Both the position numbers and the translations under genes were made by a program. 64,000 bases of DNA from Candidatus Micrarchaeia archaeon (GTDB taxonomy: Archaea > Micrarchaeota > Micrarchaeia > Anstonellales > J096), in contig JBGQMY010000003.1 of the NCBI GenBank assembly GCA_041500865.1, positions 6,728 to 70,727 on the forward strand. The letters run 5' to 3'. The notes under the pieces are model-generated. The model was not told the origin of the DNA. It saw nothing but the letters and a program-made list of their open reading frames with translations, and did no database searches. This document shows positions 1 to 9,220 of the stretch, piece after piece. Position 1 is the stretch's first letter, and every line of letters begins with the position of its first letter.

Positions 1-120
1 GATTATTATGACACGGTCAGGTACATGGAAGAAAGCGGGGCGAAAAAGGTGACATTTTTTGACGGCGAGCCTGATTACCTGTCAAAGGCCGCAAGGAGCC
101 TTGGCATAACCGTTGTTTAA
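1..120 (+). CDS. C-terminal fragment of an unidentified protein (gene starts upstream of window)
   Basis: Open frame from window edge to TAA at 118-120 (…DYYDTVRYMEESGAKKVTFFDGEPDYLSKAARSLGITVV*); no recognisable domain. Confidence 0.3.
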   Translation, partial: DYYDTVRYMEESGAKKVTFFDGEPDYLSKAARSLGITVV

Positions 121-759
121 TCAGCCGAACCTGATTGCGAACGTTGTCCTGTAAACCCTTTTTCCCTGTTTCAGGCCCCAGAGCTTCTTGCTTATCTTGT
201 AATCCCTTATGCCCAGCTCCTTGATGACCGCAAGCGCGCCCTTGGACGAGCCGACCTTGAAGTCAACGCCTTCCCTTAATTCTTCCTCTGAAGCCACGAA
301 CGTTTCCTCGGCAAGCGCGGCTGCGAACGCCTTTCTCCATTTTGCTACGTCCCTTGGGTTCCCCCTAAGCTGGATTATGGCCTCATAATAGTTTCCTGCC
401 TTCTTGTTGCATTGCTCGCAGATGGACTTCTGGATTTCAACCCTTACGGGGACTGTTATGGGCACGTTGCCCCTGTCTGTTTCAATTTCAAACGTCAGCG
501 TTGAGCTGTTTATGCCAATGGCCACGTTTCTGGCGTCCCTGCCCTTCACTTTCGCTGTAAGCCATTTGCCGATTGCCTGTGGCTGGACAGCTATCCACTT
601 CTTGCCCCGCAGGACGGCCCCGCACCTTGGGCACAGCGTGACTGAAAAGGATTTTGGAATCTCAATGTACGGCGTGTAGCAGTCTATGCATAGCATGTCT
701 ACGAACGGCTTGCTGCCCTTTTTCGCACCGCACTTTATGCAGACGTCAATCTCGGCCAT
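121..759 (-). CDS. NMD3-family Zn-ribbon protein (archaeal short form)
   Basis: 212 aa; N-terminal CxxC…CxxC…CxxC…CxxC cluster and 'AIIQLRG' segment typical of NMD3 N-domain. Confidence 0.5.
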   Translation of the reverse strand: MAEIDVCIKCGAKKGSKPFVDMLCIDCYTPYIEIPKSFSVTLCPRCGAVLRGKKWIAVQPQAIGKWLTAKVKGRDARNVAIGINSSTLTFEIETDRGNVPITVPVRVEIQKSICEQCNKKAGNYYEAIIQLRGNPRDVAKWRKAFAAALAEETFVASEEELREGVDFKVGSSKGALAVIKELGIRDYKISKKLWGLKQGKRVYRTTFAIRFG

Positions 760-789
760 GATGGGGATAATGCTGATTCGGTTTAAAAA

Positions 790-1734
790 TCAGGCGGCAA
801 TGCAGTCGCCGAAGGATTTCATGAACGCGTTTCCGGTTATGCCCGCAAGCCATTCTATTGACTTGAGGAATGCGGCCGTTTTCTCTTTGCCGCTTGCCTT
901 GGCGATTGAGGGCGCGGTCTTGTGTTCTTTATCTTCTGCCTCGATGCTTGCGTTGTGTTCAAGCAATAAGGCGCAGGTTGGGGTGTGTCCATACATTGCG
1001 GCAAACATGAGCGCAGTCATGCCGTATTCGTTCTTTGCATTTACGTCTGCGCCCTTCTTGATTAGCAGTGCGCAGGTGTCGGTATTCTCGTTCCGTGCTG
1101 CATACATGAGCGCGGTCCTGCCGCGGTTGTCCTTTACATCGATGCTTGCTCCTTTATCGAGCAGTAAAGCGCAGGTTTGGGCGTGTCCGTTCCTTGCGGC
1201 ACACATGAACGCTGTCCAGCCGTCGTTGTCCTTTGCCTCGATGGTTGCGCCTTTTTCAAGCAGTAAAGCGCAGGTTTCGGTGCGTCCGTTCCATGCGGCA
1301 TACATGAGCGCAGTCCAGCCGTCATTGCTCTTTGCCTCGATGCTTGCGTTGTGTTCAAGCAGTAAAGCGCAGGTTGGGGTGTGTCCGTTCATTGCGGCAT
1401 GCATGAGCGCAGTCCAGCCGCCATTGCTCTTTGCCTCGGTGCTTGCTCCTTTTTCAAGCAGTAAAGCGCAGGTTGGGGTGCGTCCGTTCCATGCGGCACG
1501 CATGAGCGCGGTATCGCCGGAGTTGTCCTTTGCGTCTATGCTTGCGCCTTTCTTCAACAGCCTACTGATTTCTTCAGCATCTCCGTTTCCAGCGGCACCC
1601 AGGAGGGCGTCATTGAACTGCTTCTGCGCTTTTTCTGACAGTTTCGGCTTCTCGCTTGGCGCCGGCTCTTGCCTGCGTTTTATGATATGCATCTTCTCAA
1701 GCGCGCGCCTGAGCAAGGGCTTCCTTTCCTGCAT
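790..1734 (-). CDS. ankyrin-repeat protein (about 8 repeats) with C-terminal …FMKSFGDCIAA tail
   Basis: Repeated GxTALMxAAxxGHxxxxxLLLEKGA motifs; probable ATG at 1732-1734 preceded by conserved promoter-like 'ATTTTTATTCCCTTTGCCGCACAACAAAGCC' (track start at 1752 is TTG). Confidence 0.8.
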   Translation of the reverse strand: MQERKPLLRRALEKMHIIKRRQEPAPSEKPKLSEKAQKQFNDALLGAAGNGDAEEISRLLKKGASIDAKDNSGDTALMRAAWNGRTPTCALLLEKGASTEAKSNGGWTALMHAAMNGHTPTCALLLEHNASIEAKSNDGWTALMYAAWNGRTETCALLLEKGATIEAKDNDGWTAFMCAARNGHAQTCALLLDKGASIDVKDNRGRTALMYAARNENTDTCALLIKKGADVNAKNEYGMTALMFAAMYGHTPTCALLLEHNASIEAEDKEHKTAPSIAKASGKEKTAAFLKSIEWLAGITGNAFMKSFGDCIAA

Positions 1735-1857
1735 GGCTTTGTTGTGCGGCAAAGGGAATAAAAATGGCTCCGCGAAGCTTTTTGGAAAAAGGCTTTGGCG
1801 AAAACAGGCTTAGCGCCCAGCCTTCCTTTGTTTGGCGCTGCGGCGCCCTAATCAAAG

Positions 1858-2994
1858 TCATGCTGCAATGCATTCGTTGAATGATACCATGAACGCGTTC
1901 CCCCCAATCGCAAACAATTCCATTAATTTGAGGAACTCCGCGGTGTCGGTGTATCTGGTATATGGGTTGTTGGGGTCTGCGGCCTTGTGCAGGGCTGTCT
2001 TGCCGCGATTGTCCTTTGCGTTTATGAATTCCTTTAAGTCCCCGTCTGTTTTTGCGTATTCGTCTATTAGCAATTTGCAGAAGTTGGTTAATCCGTATTG
2101 TGCGGCCTCGTGCAGGGCTGTCTTGCCGCCTTTGTCTTTTGCGGCAATCAGTTCCTTTGCGTCCCCGCCGGCTTTTGCGTATTCCTGTATCAGCAGCAGG
2201 GCGACGTCCTGGATAAGCCCAGACCGCGGAGCATTGTGCAGGGCTGTCTTGCCGCCTTTGTCTTCTGCGGCAATCAGCTCCTTTGCGTCCCCGCCTGCCT
2301 TTGCGTATTCCTGTATCAGTAGGGAGCATAATTGTGCCTCTTTCGAAGCTGCGGCCTCGTGCAGGGCTGTATTGCCGCCCGTGTTCCTTGCGGTTATGAT
2401 TTCCTTTGCGTCTCCGCCGGCTTTTGCGTATTCGCCTATGAGCAGGATGCCGATTTCAATATGCCCTTCCCATGCGGCATGGTGCAGGGGTGTGGTGTCA
2501 TAGTAATTGTCCTTTGCGGCAATCAGTTCCTTTGCGTCCCCGCCGGCTTTTGCGTATTCGCCTATGAGCAATTTGCAGGTTTCGGCGTGTCCCTTTTCTG
2601 CGGCATCATGCAGGGCTGTACCTTTACACTTGTCCTTTGCGGCAATGAGTTCCTTTATGTCGCCGCCTGCCTTTGCGTATTCGCCTATGAGCAGGGCGCA
2701 GGTTTCGGCGTGCCCATCCAATGCGGCATGGTGCAGGGGCGTCTTGCCTTCATTGTTTCTTGCAAGGACTGAATGACGGTCCTTATCCTTTGCAGTCATG
2801 TCCGCGCCTGTCTTGATGAGCCGCAGCATCTTTGCATTGTTGCCATTCTTTGCGGCGCTGATAAGCGCATTGTCAAGCCTTCTTCCGGCAAACAGCCTCC
2901 TTATCGACCGCGCTGCCGATGCCAGCACCTCCCTTGTGCGCTCCAAATGTTTTTTGGGCTTGCTGGCCTGCCGTGGCCTATGCCGCTGCTCCAT
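1858..2994 (-). CDS. ankyrin-repeat protein with C-terminal …FMVSFNECIAA tail
   Basis: 378 aa; about 8 ANK repeats (TPLHHAAxxGH…LLI); upstream region nearly identical to that of 790..1734. Confidence 0.8.
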   Translation of the reverse strand: MEQRHRPRQASKPKKHLERTREVLASAARSIRRLFAGRRLDNALISAAKNGNNAKMLRLIKTGADMTAKDKDRHSVLARNNEGKTPLHHAALDGHAETCALLIGEYAKAGGDIKELIAAKDKCKGTALHDAAEKGHAETCKLLIGEYAKAGGDAKELIAAKDNYYDTTPLHHAAWEGHIEIGILLIGEYAKAGGDAKEIITARNTGGNTALHEAAASKEAQLCSLLIQEYAKAGGDAKELIAAEDKGGKTALHNAPRSGLIQDVALLLIQEYAKAGGDAKELIAAKDKGGKTALHEAAQYGLTNFCKLLIDEYAKTDGDLKEFINAKDNRGKTALHKAADPNNPYTRYTDTAEFLKLMELFAIGGNAFMVSFNECIAA

Positions 2995-3024
2995 GCCTTT
3001 GTTGTGCGGCGAAGGGAATAAAAA

Positions 3025-3597
3025 TCAGGAGGAAATGCACATGTCAAATGCGGAAAGGAACGTGGGGACCGGTTCTTTGCCGAATAGATTTTGCAGGCGT
3101 TCTATGCGCCCAAGATATGCCATGACCTGGTTTCTACCTACATGTCCAGCAACCATGCGCGCAGTGCGTTGGTTCTGGCTCTCTTCTATGTTGATGTCCG
3201 CGCCGCGCCCAGCCAAGAACTTGCATGCCTCAATGCGGCCCCAGATTGCCGTATATATAAGTGCCGTCCTGTTGTAATTGTCAGTTGCGTTTATATCCGC
3301 GCCTTTTTCCAGCAATAGCGCGCATGTTTCGGTGCGGCCTTCCCTTGCCGCCCACATCAAAGGAGTCATTATGCTGCTTTTTGACCTTGCCTCAATGTCT
3401 GCGCCCGCGTTGAGGAGCTGCTCGATTTTCATGGTTTCGCCATGATAAGCGGCATTGAAGAGCGCCTGGTCCAATTCATCCTGGGTTTTCGCAACGATTG
3501 CCGGCTTTTCAGGCTCTAGTTTGCGGAAGCAGATTCTGCGCAGTGTCTTGATTATTTTGGATTCCCGCATTTTTTCCAGTGCGGCCATTCCTGCCAT
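3025..3597 (-). CDS. ankyrin-repeat protein with C-terminal …FLSAFDMCISS tail
   Basis: 190 aa; 3-4 ANK repeats (TPLMWAAREGRTETCALLLEKGADINA…). Confidence 0.8.
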   Translation of the reverse strand: MAGMAALEKMRESKIIKTLRRICFRKLEPEKPAIVAKTQDELDQALFNAAYHGETMKIEQLLNAGADIEARSKSSIMTPLMWAAREGRTETCALLLEKGADINATDNYNRTALIYTAIWGRIEACKFLAGRGADINIEESQNQRTARMVAGHVGRNQVMAYLGRIERLQNLFGKEPVPTFLSAFDMCISS

Positions 3598-3672
3598 GTT
3601 CCGGGATTGCGCGATAGATTATAAAAAACCACCTAATGCGCCTTTTTAACACTTTTCATCCCAAACAAATGC

Positions 3673-5031
3673 ATGCAGGAAAAGCCAATCTTGAATAATG
3701 GCGAGCCTAAACAGGCAAGGCAGCCATTGCTGGACAAGGACGCGGCACAAAGGGCGCTGGACTGCGGCCTTATCAGCGCAGTGATGGACGGAAAAATCGA
3801 AAACGCAAAAAGCCTCGTTGAAATGGGCGCAAGCGTTGAGGCAAAGGACTATTGGGGAAAGACCGCGCTGATGTGCGCATGCATGCAGGGCCATGAGGAT
3901 GTCGCCTTGTTTCTTATTGATAACGGCGCCAGCATGAATTCAAAAGACAATGGCGGATGGACGCCGATGATGTTTGCGGCGAACAATGGATTCAACGAAA
4001 TAATAGGGATGCTTATTGACAAGGGGGCAGATGCCTATGCGGTGGACAACGCGGGGCACACTGCGCTGATGCACGCGGTTCACGAAGAGCGCATTGACGC
4101 CGCGAGGTTCATGACAAAAAAGGGATTTGGGCTGAAAACGCACAGGATAAGGTGGATTGACGACATACCTTATGCCGCAAGCGAAGGAAGGGAGCTGATG
4201 ATGAGGTTCCTTGTTGAAGAAGGGGCGAATATCGACGCAGTCGGAGGCATGTTCTCCACGACTGCGCTTGATTACGAGATAAGGTGCGGGAACTTCGGAT
4301 TGGCGAAGTTCCTTTTGGACCATGGCGCCAACATCGACAAAGGAGACAGCTTTGAAAAGACTGTGCTGATTCGCGCAGTGGAAAACCGCAACATCAAGGC
4401 GATGTCGTTCATCCTGGAAAACAAGGCAAATATTGACGCAAGGGAGCAGACCAAGAAGACTGCGCTGATGATTGCATGTGAAAATGGGCATATGGAAGCG
4501 GTCAGGCTCCTTGTCGAGAACAAGGCATCGCTGGATTTGGGGGCGATGACTGCGCTGCTGCATGCATTGCAGAATAGGCATGCTGAAGTCGCAAAATTCC
4601 TGATAAAGAGCGGCGCAGACGTGAATGCGAAGGACATCAACGGCTTGACTGCGCTCATGTGGGCGTCACCCTGGGCAGACACGAACATCGCCAGGATGCT
4701 TCTGGAAAAAGGCGCCGATGTGAATGCAAGCGACAAGGAAAGAAAGACCGCGCTGATGCACGCAGCCGAAGGCAGGAACATCGGAACCATAATGTTCCTG
4801 GTGGACAACGGGGCATGGATAAACACAAAGGACATATATGAAAGGAATGCCGTGGATTACGCGCTTAGATACGACAGCAGCAGGACGGACATGCGCGTGC
4901 CGTACACCGATTCGCAGGGCGACGGGATGGAAACTGCAAGATTCCTGAGGTTCGCCCACATGTTCCAGCCCCTTGTGGGGATAGGACCGCTGAGCGAGCT
5001 TGCGCTGGATTTCGCTGCATGCGTTTCGTAA
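3673..5031 (+). CDS. large ankyrin-repeat protein (about 12 repeats) with C-terminal …LALDFAACVS tail
   Basis: 452 aa; repeated 'KTALMxAxxxGHxExVxxLIxxGAxxNxKD' units. Confidence 0.8.
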   Translation: MQEKPILNNGEPKQARQPLLDKDAAQRALDCGLISAVMDGKIENAKSLVEMGASVEAKDYWGKTALMCACMQGHEDVALFLIDNGASMNSKDNGGWTPMMFAANNGFNEIIGMLIDKGADAYAVDNAGHTALMHAVHEERIDAARFMTKKGFGLKTHRIRWIDDIPYAASEGRELMMRFLVEEGANIDAVGGMFSTTALDYEIRCGNFGLAKFLLDHGANIDKGDSFEKTVLIRAVENRNIKAMSFILENKANIDAREQTKKTALMIACENGHMEAVRLLVENKASLDLGAMTALLHALQNRHAEVAKFLIKSGADVNAKDINGLTALMWASPWADTNIARMLLEKGADVNASDKERKTALMHAAEGRNIGTIMFLVDNGAWINTKDIYERNAVDYALRYDSSRTDMRVPYTDSQGDGMETARFLRFAHMFQPLVGIGPLSELALDFAACVS

Positions 5032-5277
5032 GGGAACCAAGGTTCCCTTGACGCTCAACCTTCCTTTTATTTGGCACTGCGGTGCCCTAAATGCTTTTTT
5101 CTTTCCCGTAGACGGCTTTCTTTTTCGCAAAAATAGCTTCTTTTTTCCCAAGTATTTTTTCTTTGCAAAGGAGAACTTTTGCGCCAGCAGGCGCCAAACA
5201 TAGCTTCTTTTGGGGTGAAGGCAAAAATAGTTTCTTTTTCTCCAAGTACTTTTTCTTTTCTAAAGAAAAAGGACTTT

Positions 5278-5413
5278 TGCCAAGGGGGGGACTCGAACCC
5301 CCGACCTCTAGATGGCCCAAAGCGTGCCTATCATCGCCGTTTTCCAACGGCTCAGCACTCACAAAAGCGTGTTTTATGAGTCTAGCGCTCTAAGCCGGCT
5401 GAGCTACCTTGGC
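5278..5413 (-). tRNA. tRNA-Met/CAT-anticodon tRNA with ~60-nt intron at canonical 37/38 position
   Basis: Minus strand reads GCCAAGG-TA-GCTCAGCCGGCTTAGAGC-G-CTAGA-CTCATAA-[intron]-TCTAG-AGGTC-GGGGGTTCGAGTCCCCC-CCTTGGC-A. Confidence 0.75.
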
Positions 5414-5815
5414 TTGCATTAGGGATAGCCATGCATTATTTTTAAAACCCTGCTGTAGCGTTCCGCCTAACGTATGTGAACGTCAAAAAACGGCAGCAAA
5501 ATAATGAGCATCCGGACAATGGGCACTCATTGGCAAGCCCAAGGACTTAGCGTTGGGCGGGGGTCGGATTCCCTCGCGGATGGCCTGCAGCGTGCGCATA
5601 AGCGCGCTATCCTGCCCCTTATCTCCAGCCGCCCCTGGGAAGGCCCCTGCCGGCTCGTTGCACCTTATATGCCAGGCCAGCTCCAGGCGGAAAGGCCCAA
5701 ACATGCCGTCAAGCCGTATCTAAGCGCCTTGCCAACGAAAACCTGCAGAAAGAGCCTTGGGACAGTGATTTTATCGTGCCTGCTGCAAGGCCGATAAAAC
5801 CCCTTTTCCAATAGG

Positions 5816-6661
5816 CTATTCGCACCTGAATGTCATGGTGTTGCAGAACATGCCGTGCGGGCAGTTGTCGTCGCTTGCGCACCTGCCCTGCTGGGGCACG
5901 CATGTGCTGTTAGGCGCGCAGTACTGCCAGTTGTCGCAGTCTGCGTTGCTGTAGCAGTTTCCGTTCATGACCGTGCACTTGTGCGTCCTGCTTGCGCAGA
6001 ACTCCAATGCATTGCAGTCGGAATGGGTGTCGCAGTATCCAAGCGCCGCCTTGCACTTGTGGGACGGCAGCTGGCACAGCTGCCACGTGCTGCATTCCTC
6101 GTCCCCGTTGCAGAAGCCGGACTTCGGCGTGCACATGTGCGTCTTCACTGTGCAGGTCTCCCACGCCTCGCAGTCGGTGTCCAGGTCGCACCTGTCGGCC
6201 ATCGGTATGCATCTTTGGAGCGTCGTGTTGCAGTACTGGTACGAGTTGCACTCCGTGTCCTTCGTGCACCTGCCCGCCTTCAGCTTGCAGACGTGGCCCT
6301 TGGTGTCGCAGGAATACAGCGGGTTTGTGCAGTCTTCCTCGACGTTGCACCTGCCTTCAGCCGCTATGCACTTGTTGGCGGTAGTGTTGCACCATTCCCA
6401 CAGGTTGCAGTCGGCGTCCTTGCCGCACAGGCCCTGCTTCGCTATGCAGGTGTGCGTCTTGCCGTCGCAGGTCTGCCAGCCCAGGCAATTGGAGGACGAG
6501 TCGCACATGCCAGGCCTTGACTCGCACGCCTTGTCCGTTATGTTGCATGACTGCCAGCTCTTGCATTGGTCGTCGCCCGTGCAGCTGCCCTGTATGCAGC
6601 CGAAAGAAAACATGAATGCCGTTGCTATTGCCGCAATCGCCAAAATTCCTATGTGCTTCAT
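5816..6661 (-). CDS. secreted cysteine-rich tandem-repeat protein (10 x ~26-aa four-Cys repeats)
   Basis: Signal peptide MKHIGILAIAAIATAFMFSFGC; repeats C-x5-C-x5-C-x6-C (CxxDxDCxxWQxCxxxxxxC); several NxS/T sequons; start chosen at Met12 of track ORF. Confidence 0.7.
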   Translation of the reverse strand: MKHIGILAIAAIATAFMFSFGCIQGSCTGDDQCKSWQSCNITDKACESRPGMCDSSSNCLGWQTCDGKTHTCIAKQGLCGKDADCNLWEWCNTTANKCIAAEGRCNVEEDCTNPLYSCDTKGHVCKLKAGRCTKDTECNSYQYCNTTLQRCIPMADRCDLDTDCEAWETCTVKTHMCTPKSGFCNGDEECSTWQLCQLPSHKCKAALGYCDTHSDCNALEFCASRTHKCTVMNGNCYSNADCDNWQYCAPNSTCVPQQGRCASDDNCPHGMFCNTMTFRCE

Positions 6662-6694
6662 CAAAAATACACCCTTGCTTAGATTTTTACACAA

Positions 6695-6955
6695 ATGTTT
6701 TTAATGGTTTGGAATGGAGTTGGTAATATGCTTTACAGGATACCCATGGATAGGGGCGCATTCAGCGGCAAACTGTTCTACCTTGATAAGGATACGGACG
6801 CGCCGTACTGCAAACAGCACGGGGCCATGAACGTCGTAACCGTCGTAAGCAAGAATGGAAAAAAGTACCTGTGGTACAGGTGCCTCGTCTGCCACATAGG
6901 GGTCGTTTACGACAAGGATAACAAGACAAACCAGGGCTGGGCCGAGGCGAGGTAG
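6695..6955 (+). CDS. small Zn-ribbon-like protein (Cys/His pairs)
   Basis: 86 aa (or 75 aa from Met at 6728); YCKQHG…CLVCH; first gene of three co-directional adjacent/overlapping ORFs. Confidence 0.4.
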   Translation: MFLMVWNGVGNMLYRIPMDRGAFSGKLFYLDKDTDAPYCKQHGAMNVVTVVSKNGKKYLWYRCLVCHIGVVYDKDNKTNQGWAEAR

Positions 6956-7354
6956 ATGGACGCTGAAGGCATGATGAAGAAGCTCGACGCTTTGAAAATC
7001 AAATTCAGCGTTGTCGGAAGCTACGCGCTCATGGCAAACGGCTACAAGGTCAAGCCCAACGACGTTGACATCATAGTTGATAAGAAAGATGTTGAAAAGG
7101 CGAAATCCGCGCTCTCGGAGTTCGGGGCAGAGGCGGAAGTCTACGAAGGGACGCCAAAATCAAGGGTATTCACTCCGCAAGAGTACAAGGAGCTGTTCCT
7201 TTCAAAGTTCACCAACGACGACCTCATGATAGAGAAGCTCGCAAGGCACGCGGTTGACGAGCCGAGGCTGCTCGCGCTTTTTGAGGGAACGGAAATTATG
7301 TTCGTACTTGAAAGCATGAAAAAGGATATTGAACGGAAGCTTGCGAAAAAATGA
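6956..7354 (+). CDS. minimal nucleotidyltransferase (Pol-beta superfamily, MNT-like)
   Basis: 132 aa; 'VVGSYALMANG…PNDVDIIV' = hG[GS] + DxD NTase signature; start abuts stop of the upstream ORF. Confidence 0.55.
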   Translation: MDAEGMMKKLDALKIKFSVVGSYALMANGYKVKPNDVDIIVDKKDVEKAKSALSEFGAEAEVYEGTPKSRVFTPQEYKELFLSKFTNDDLMIEKLARHAVDEPRLLALFEGTEIMFVLESMKKDIERKLAKK

Positions 7355-8103
7355 GCGCCCTGGACTGGATAGCTTTGGCCATTGCCGGAATATACTCCAA
7401 GCTGCTTTCACTTGTCCAGCACCTTGGCACGCCGCTGCACGAGTCATGCCATTTTGTCGCCGCGTCGCTCGCCGGCCTAAGGGTCAGTGAGTTTGTGCCG
7501 TATTACGCGCTTTCCAAGGACAGGAATGCGCTGAAGGCGCAGGGCGTACTGGGCTATGTCAGGCACGAGAAGGCAAGGGACGAGGCAGTCAACATAATAG
7601 TCGGCGCATCGCCCCTGCTTGCGCTTTGTTTCGTGATACTTCTTGCTGACGCATACCTTGCAGACATGTACGGGAAGGCGCTTGTCAGCATAGTCGCGCT
7701 CGTTTTCCTCACGCCCTCGCGTAAGGATACGTTTGAGGACTTCTCTGACGTGGGGGCCACGATCATGAACATTCCCCTCATAATATTCATAAGGCTCGTT
7801 GGCCTGCTTTTCAACTCAAACGTCTTGCTGGCGATGGCGTTCCACGTTTTGCTGGCAATAGCGGTCCTGCTCCTTGTCATTGCCATGAAAACGCTTGTCG
7901 TCGCGTTCCTGTTCGCGTCGCTCCTCACGCTGCTTTCGTACAGGATGGCAAACGGCATATTGCTGTTCATTTCCAAGATGCTGTTTTACCTGACATTTCC
8001 GCTGTCAACCATTTTCTGGGCCGCGTGCGCAATATCTTATTATTACCTTGGGACAGACTATTTCAGCGCGATAATCGGCTATGTCCACGACATCTGGCCG
8101 TAA
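7351..8103 (+). CDS. polytopic membrane protein with HExxH motif (putative membrane metalloprotease)
   Basis: 250 aa; 'LHESCHFVAASLAG' then ≥5 hydrophobic helices; ATGA start/stop overlap with the NTase gene. Confidence 0.5.
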   Translation: MSALDWIALAIAGIYSKLLSLVQHLGTPLHESCHFVAASLAGLRVSEFVPYYALSKDRNALKAQGVLGYVRHEKARDEAVNIIVGASPLLALCFVILLADAYLADMYGKALVSIVALVFLTPSRKDTFEDFSDVGATIMNIPLIIFIRLVGLLFNSNVLLAMAFHVLLAIAVLLLVIAMKTLVVAFLFASLLTLLSYRMANGILLFISKMLFYLTFPLSTIFWAACAISYYYLGTDYFSAIIGYVHDIWP

Positions 8104-8191
8104 TACCCCCTGAAGCCTTTTTGGAAAAGGCTCCAGCGAAGCTTTTTAGAAAAAAGCTTCAGCAAAAACGGGCCTTTTTTGGAAAGGCGCA

Positions 8192-9220
8192 TCAGTTCAT
8201 CTGGTCGTAATACTCCTTGAGCCTTCCGTGCATGAGGTAAGGCGCGCTCTTTAGCGACTCTATGTCCCTGCTCCCCGTAAGGAACATGCAATGCCTGAAC
8301 TGGCGCGTCCACATATTGACTGTTTCGTCAAGCCTCTTTTCCTTGTGCGCCTTGAGGAAAGGCATGGCTGCCCCGAACATGTCCGCGCCTATCGCGAATG
8401 ATTTTGCGCCGTCTATGCCGCTCCTTATGCCGCCTGTCGCGATTATCTTTGCGAACGGGGATGACATGATTATTGAAAGCGCCGTTGGTATGCCCCATTC
8501 TTCAAACCCCGGAATCTTGCCGTTTCTTAGATACTCGACCTTGCTCCAGCTTGTGCCTCCGGAACCTGCAACGTCAATCCATTCTATCCCGATTTTGCCA
8601 AGCCGGAAAGCAACGCCCTTGACTATGCCGCCGCCGACCTCCTTTACGATGACCGGTATTTTCAGTGCGTCCTTGAGCGCCGCTATTTTTTCCTGCACGC
8701 CTTCCCAGTCCTTGTCGCCTTCAGGCTGAATCAGCTCCTGGAGCGGATTGAGGTGCACGGCAATTGCATCAGCCTCTATGGATGATGCGGCCTCGTCTAT
8801 CTTCATTATTTCGTACCTTTTGAGCTGGATTCCGCCGATGTTGCCTATCACAAATGCGCCAGGATGCTCTTTCTTCACGTAATAGGTGTCCCTAAGATTT
8901 GGGTTTTCAACCATCGCCCTCTGGCTTCCGAGGCCCATCGGTATCTTGTACTTTTCCGACATTTCCGCAAACGCGAGGTTTATGGGCTTCGCGCCCTTGA
9001 ACCCGCCTGTCATCGCTGAAATCAGCAGCGGATGGCTGAACGCCTTTCCAAGGAACTTCGCCTTTGTCGATATTGAATCGTAATTGATTTCAGGCATGGC
9101 ATTGTAAAGAAGCTCAACGTCGTCCAGGCCAGTGGCCTTGGAATATTGGGATTCCTTCCTCAGCGAGGCGAGGATGTGCTCCTCCTTCCTTTTCTCTATC
9201 TGGCTCGTGTCCTTGGCCAT
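8192..9220 (-). CDS. fni: isopentenyl-diphosphate delta-isomerase, type 2 (FMN-dependent)
   Basis: ISAMTGG, GNIGG, VKEVGGG, AGSGGTSW, ATGGIRSG motifs; start placed at MAKDTSQ… (track ORF extends to 9355). Confidence 0.8.
   Translation of the reverse strand: MAKDTSQIEKRKEEHILASLRKESQYSKATGLDDVELLYNAMPEINYDSISTKAKFLGKAFSHPLLISAMTGGFKGAKPINLAFAEMSEKYKIPMGLGSQRAMVENPNLRDTYYVKKEHPGAFVIGNIGGIQLKRYEIMKIDEAASSIEADAIAVHLNPLQELIQPEGDKDWEGVQEKIAALKDALKIPVIVKEVGGGIVKGVAFRLGKIGIEWIDVAGSGGTSWSKVEYLRNGKIPGFEEWGIPTALSIIMSSPFAKIIATGGIRSGIDGAKSFAIGADMFGAAMPFLKAHKEKRLDETVNMWTRQFRHCMFLTGSRDIESLKSAPYLMHGRLKEYYDQMN

Noticed and set aside
686-2776. Long + strand ORFs (686..1813, 1832..2503, 2332..2772, 2507..2776) encoding Ala/Ser/Phe-rich repetitive peptides
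   Set aside because: They are antisense shadows of the minus-strand ankyrin-repeat genes; the repetitive GC-rich codons suppress stops on the opposite strand. The minus-strand products have clean ANK repeats.
5040-5290. Possible CRISPR array from repetitive 'aaaaatagcttctttt…' units
   Set aside because: Units are degenerate palindromic T-rich hairpins of unequal spacing with no unique spacers and no cas genes. Interpreted as stacked terminator-like hairpins in a convergent intergenic region.
5855-6704. + strand ORFs 5855..6520, 5967..6704, 5992..6384
   Set aside because: Opposite strand of the 10x Cys-repeat gene. The minus-strand product has a signal peptide and a regular repeat architecture; the + strand ORFs are low-complexity.
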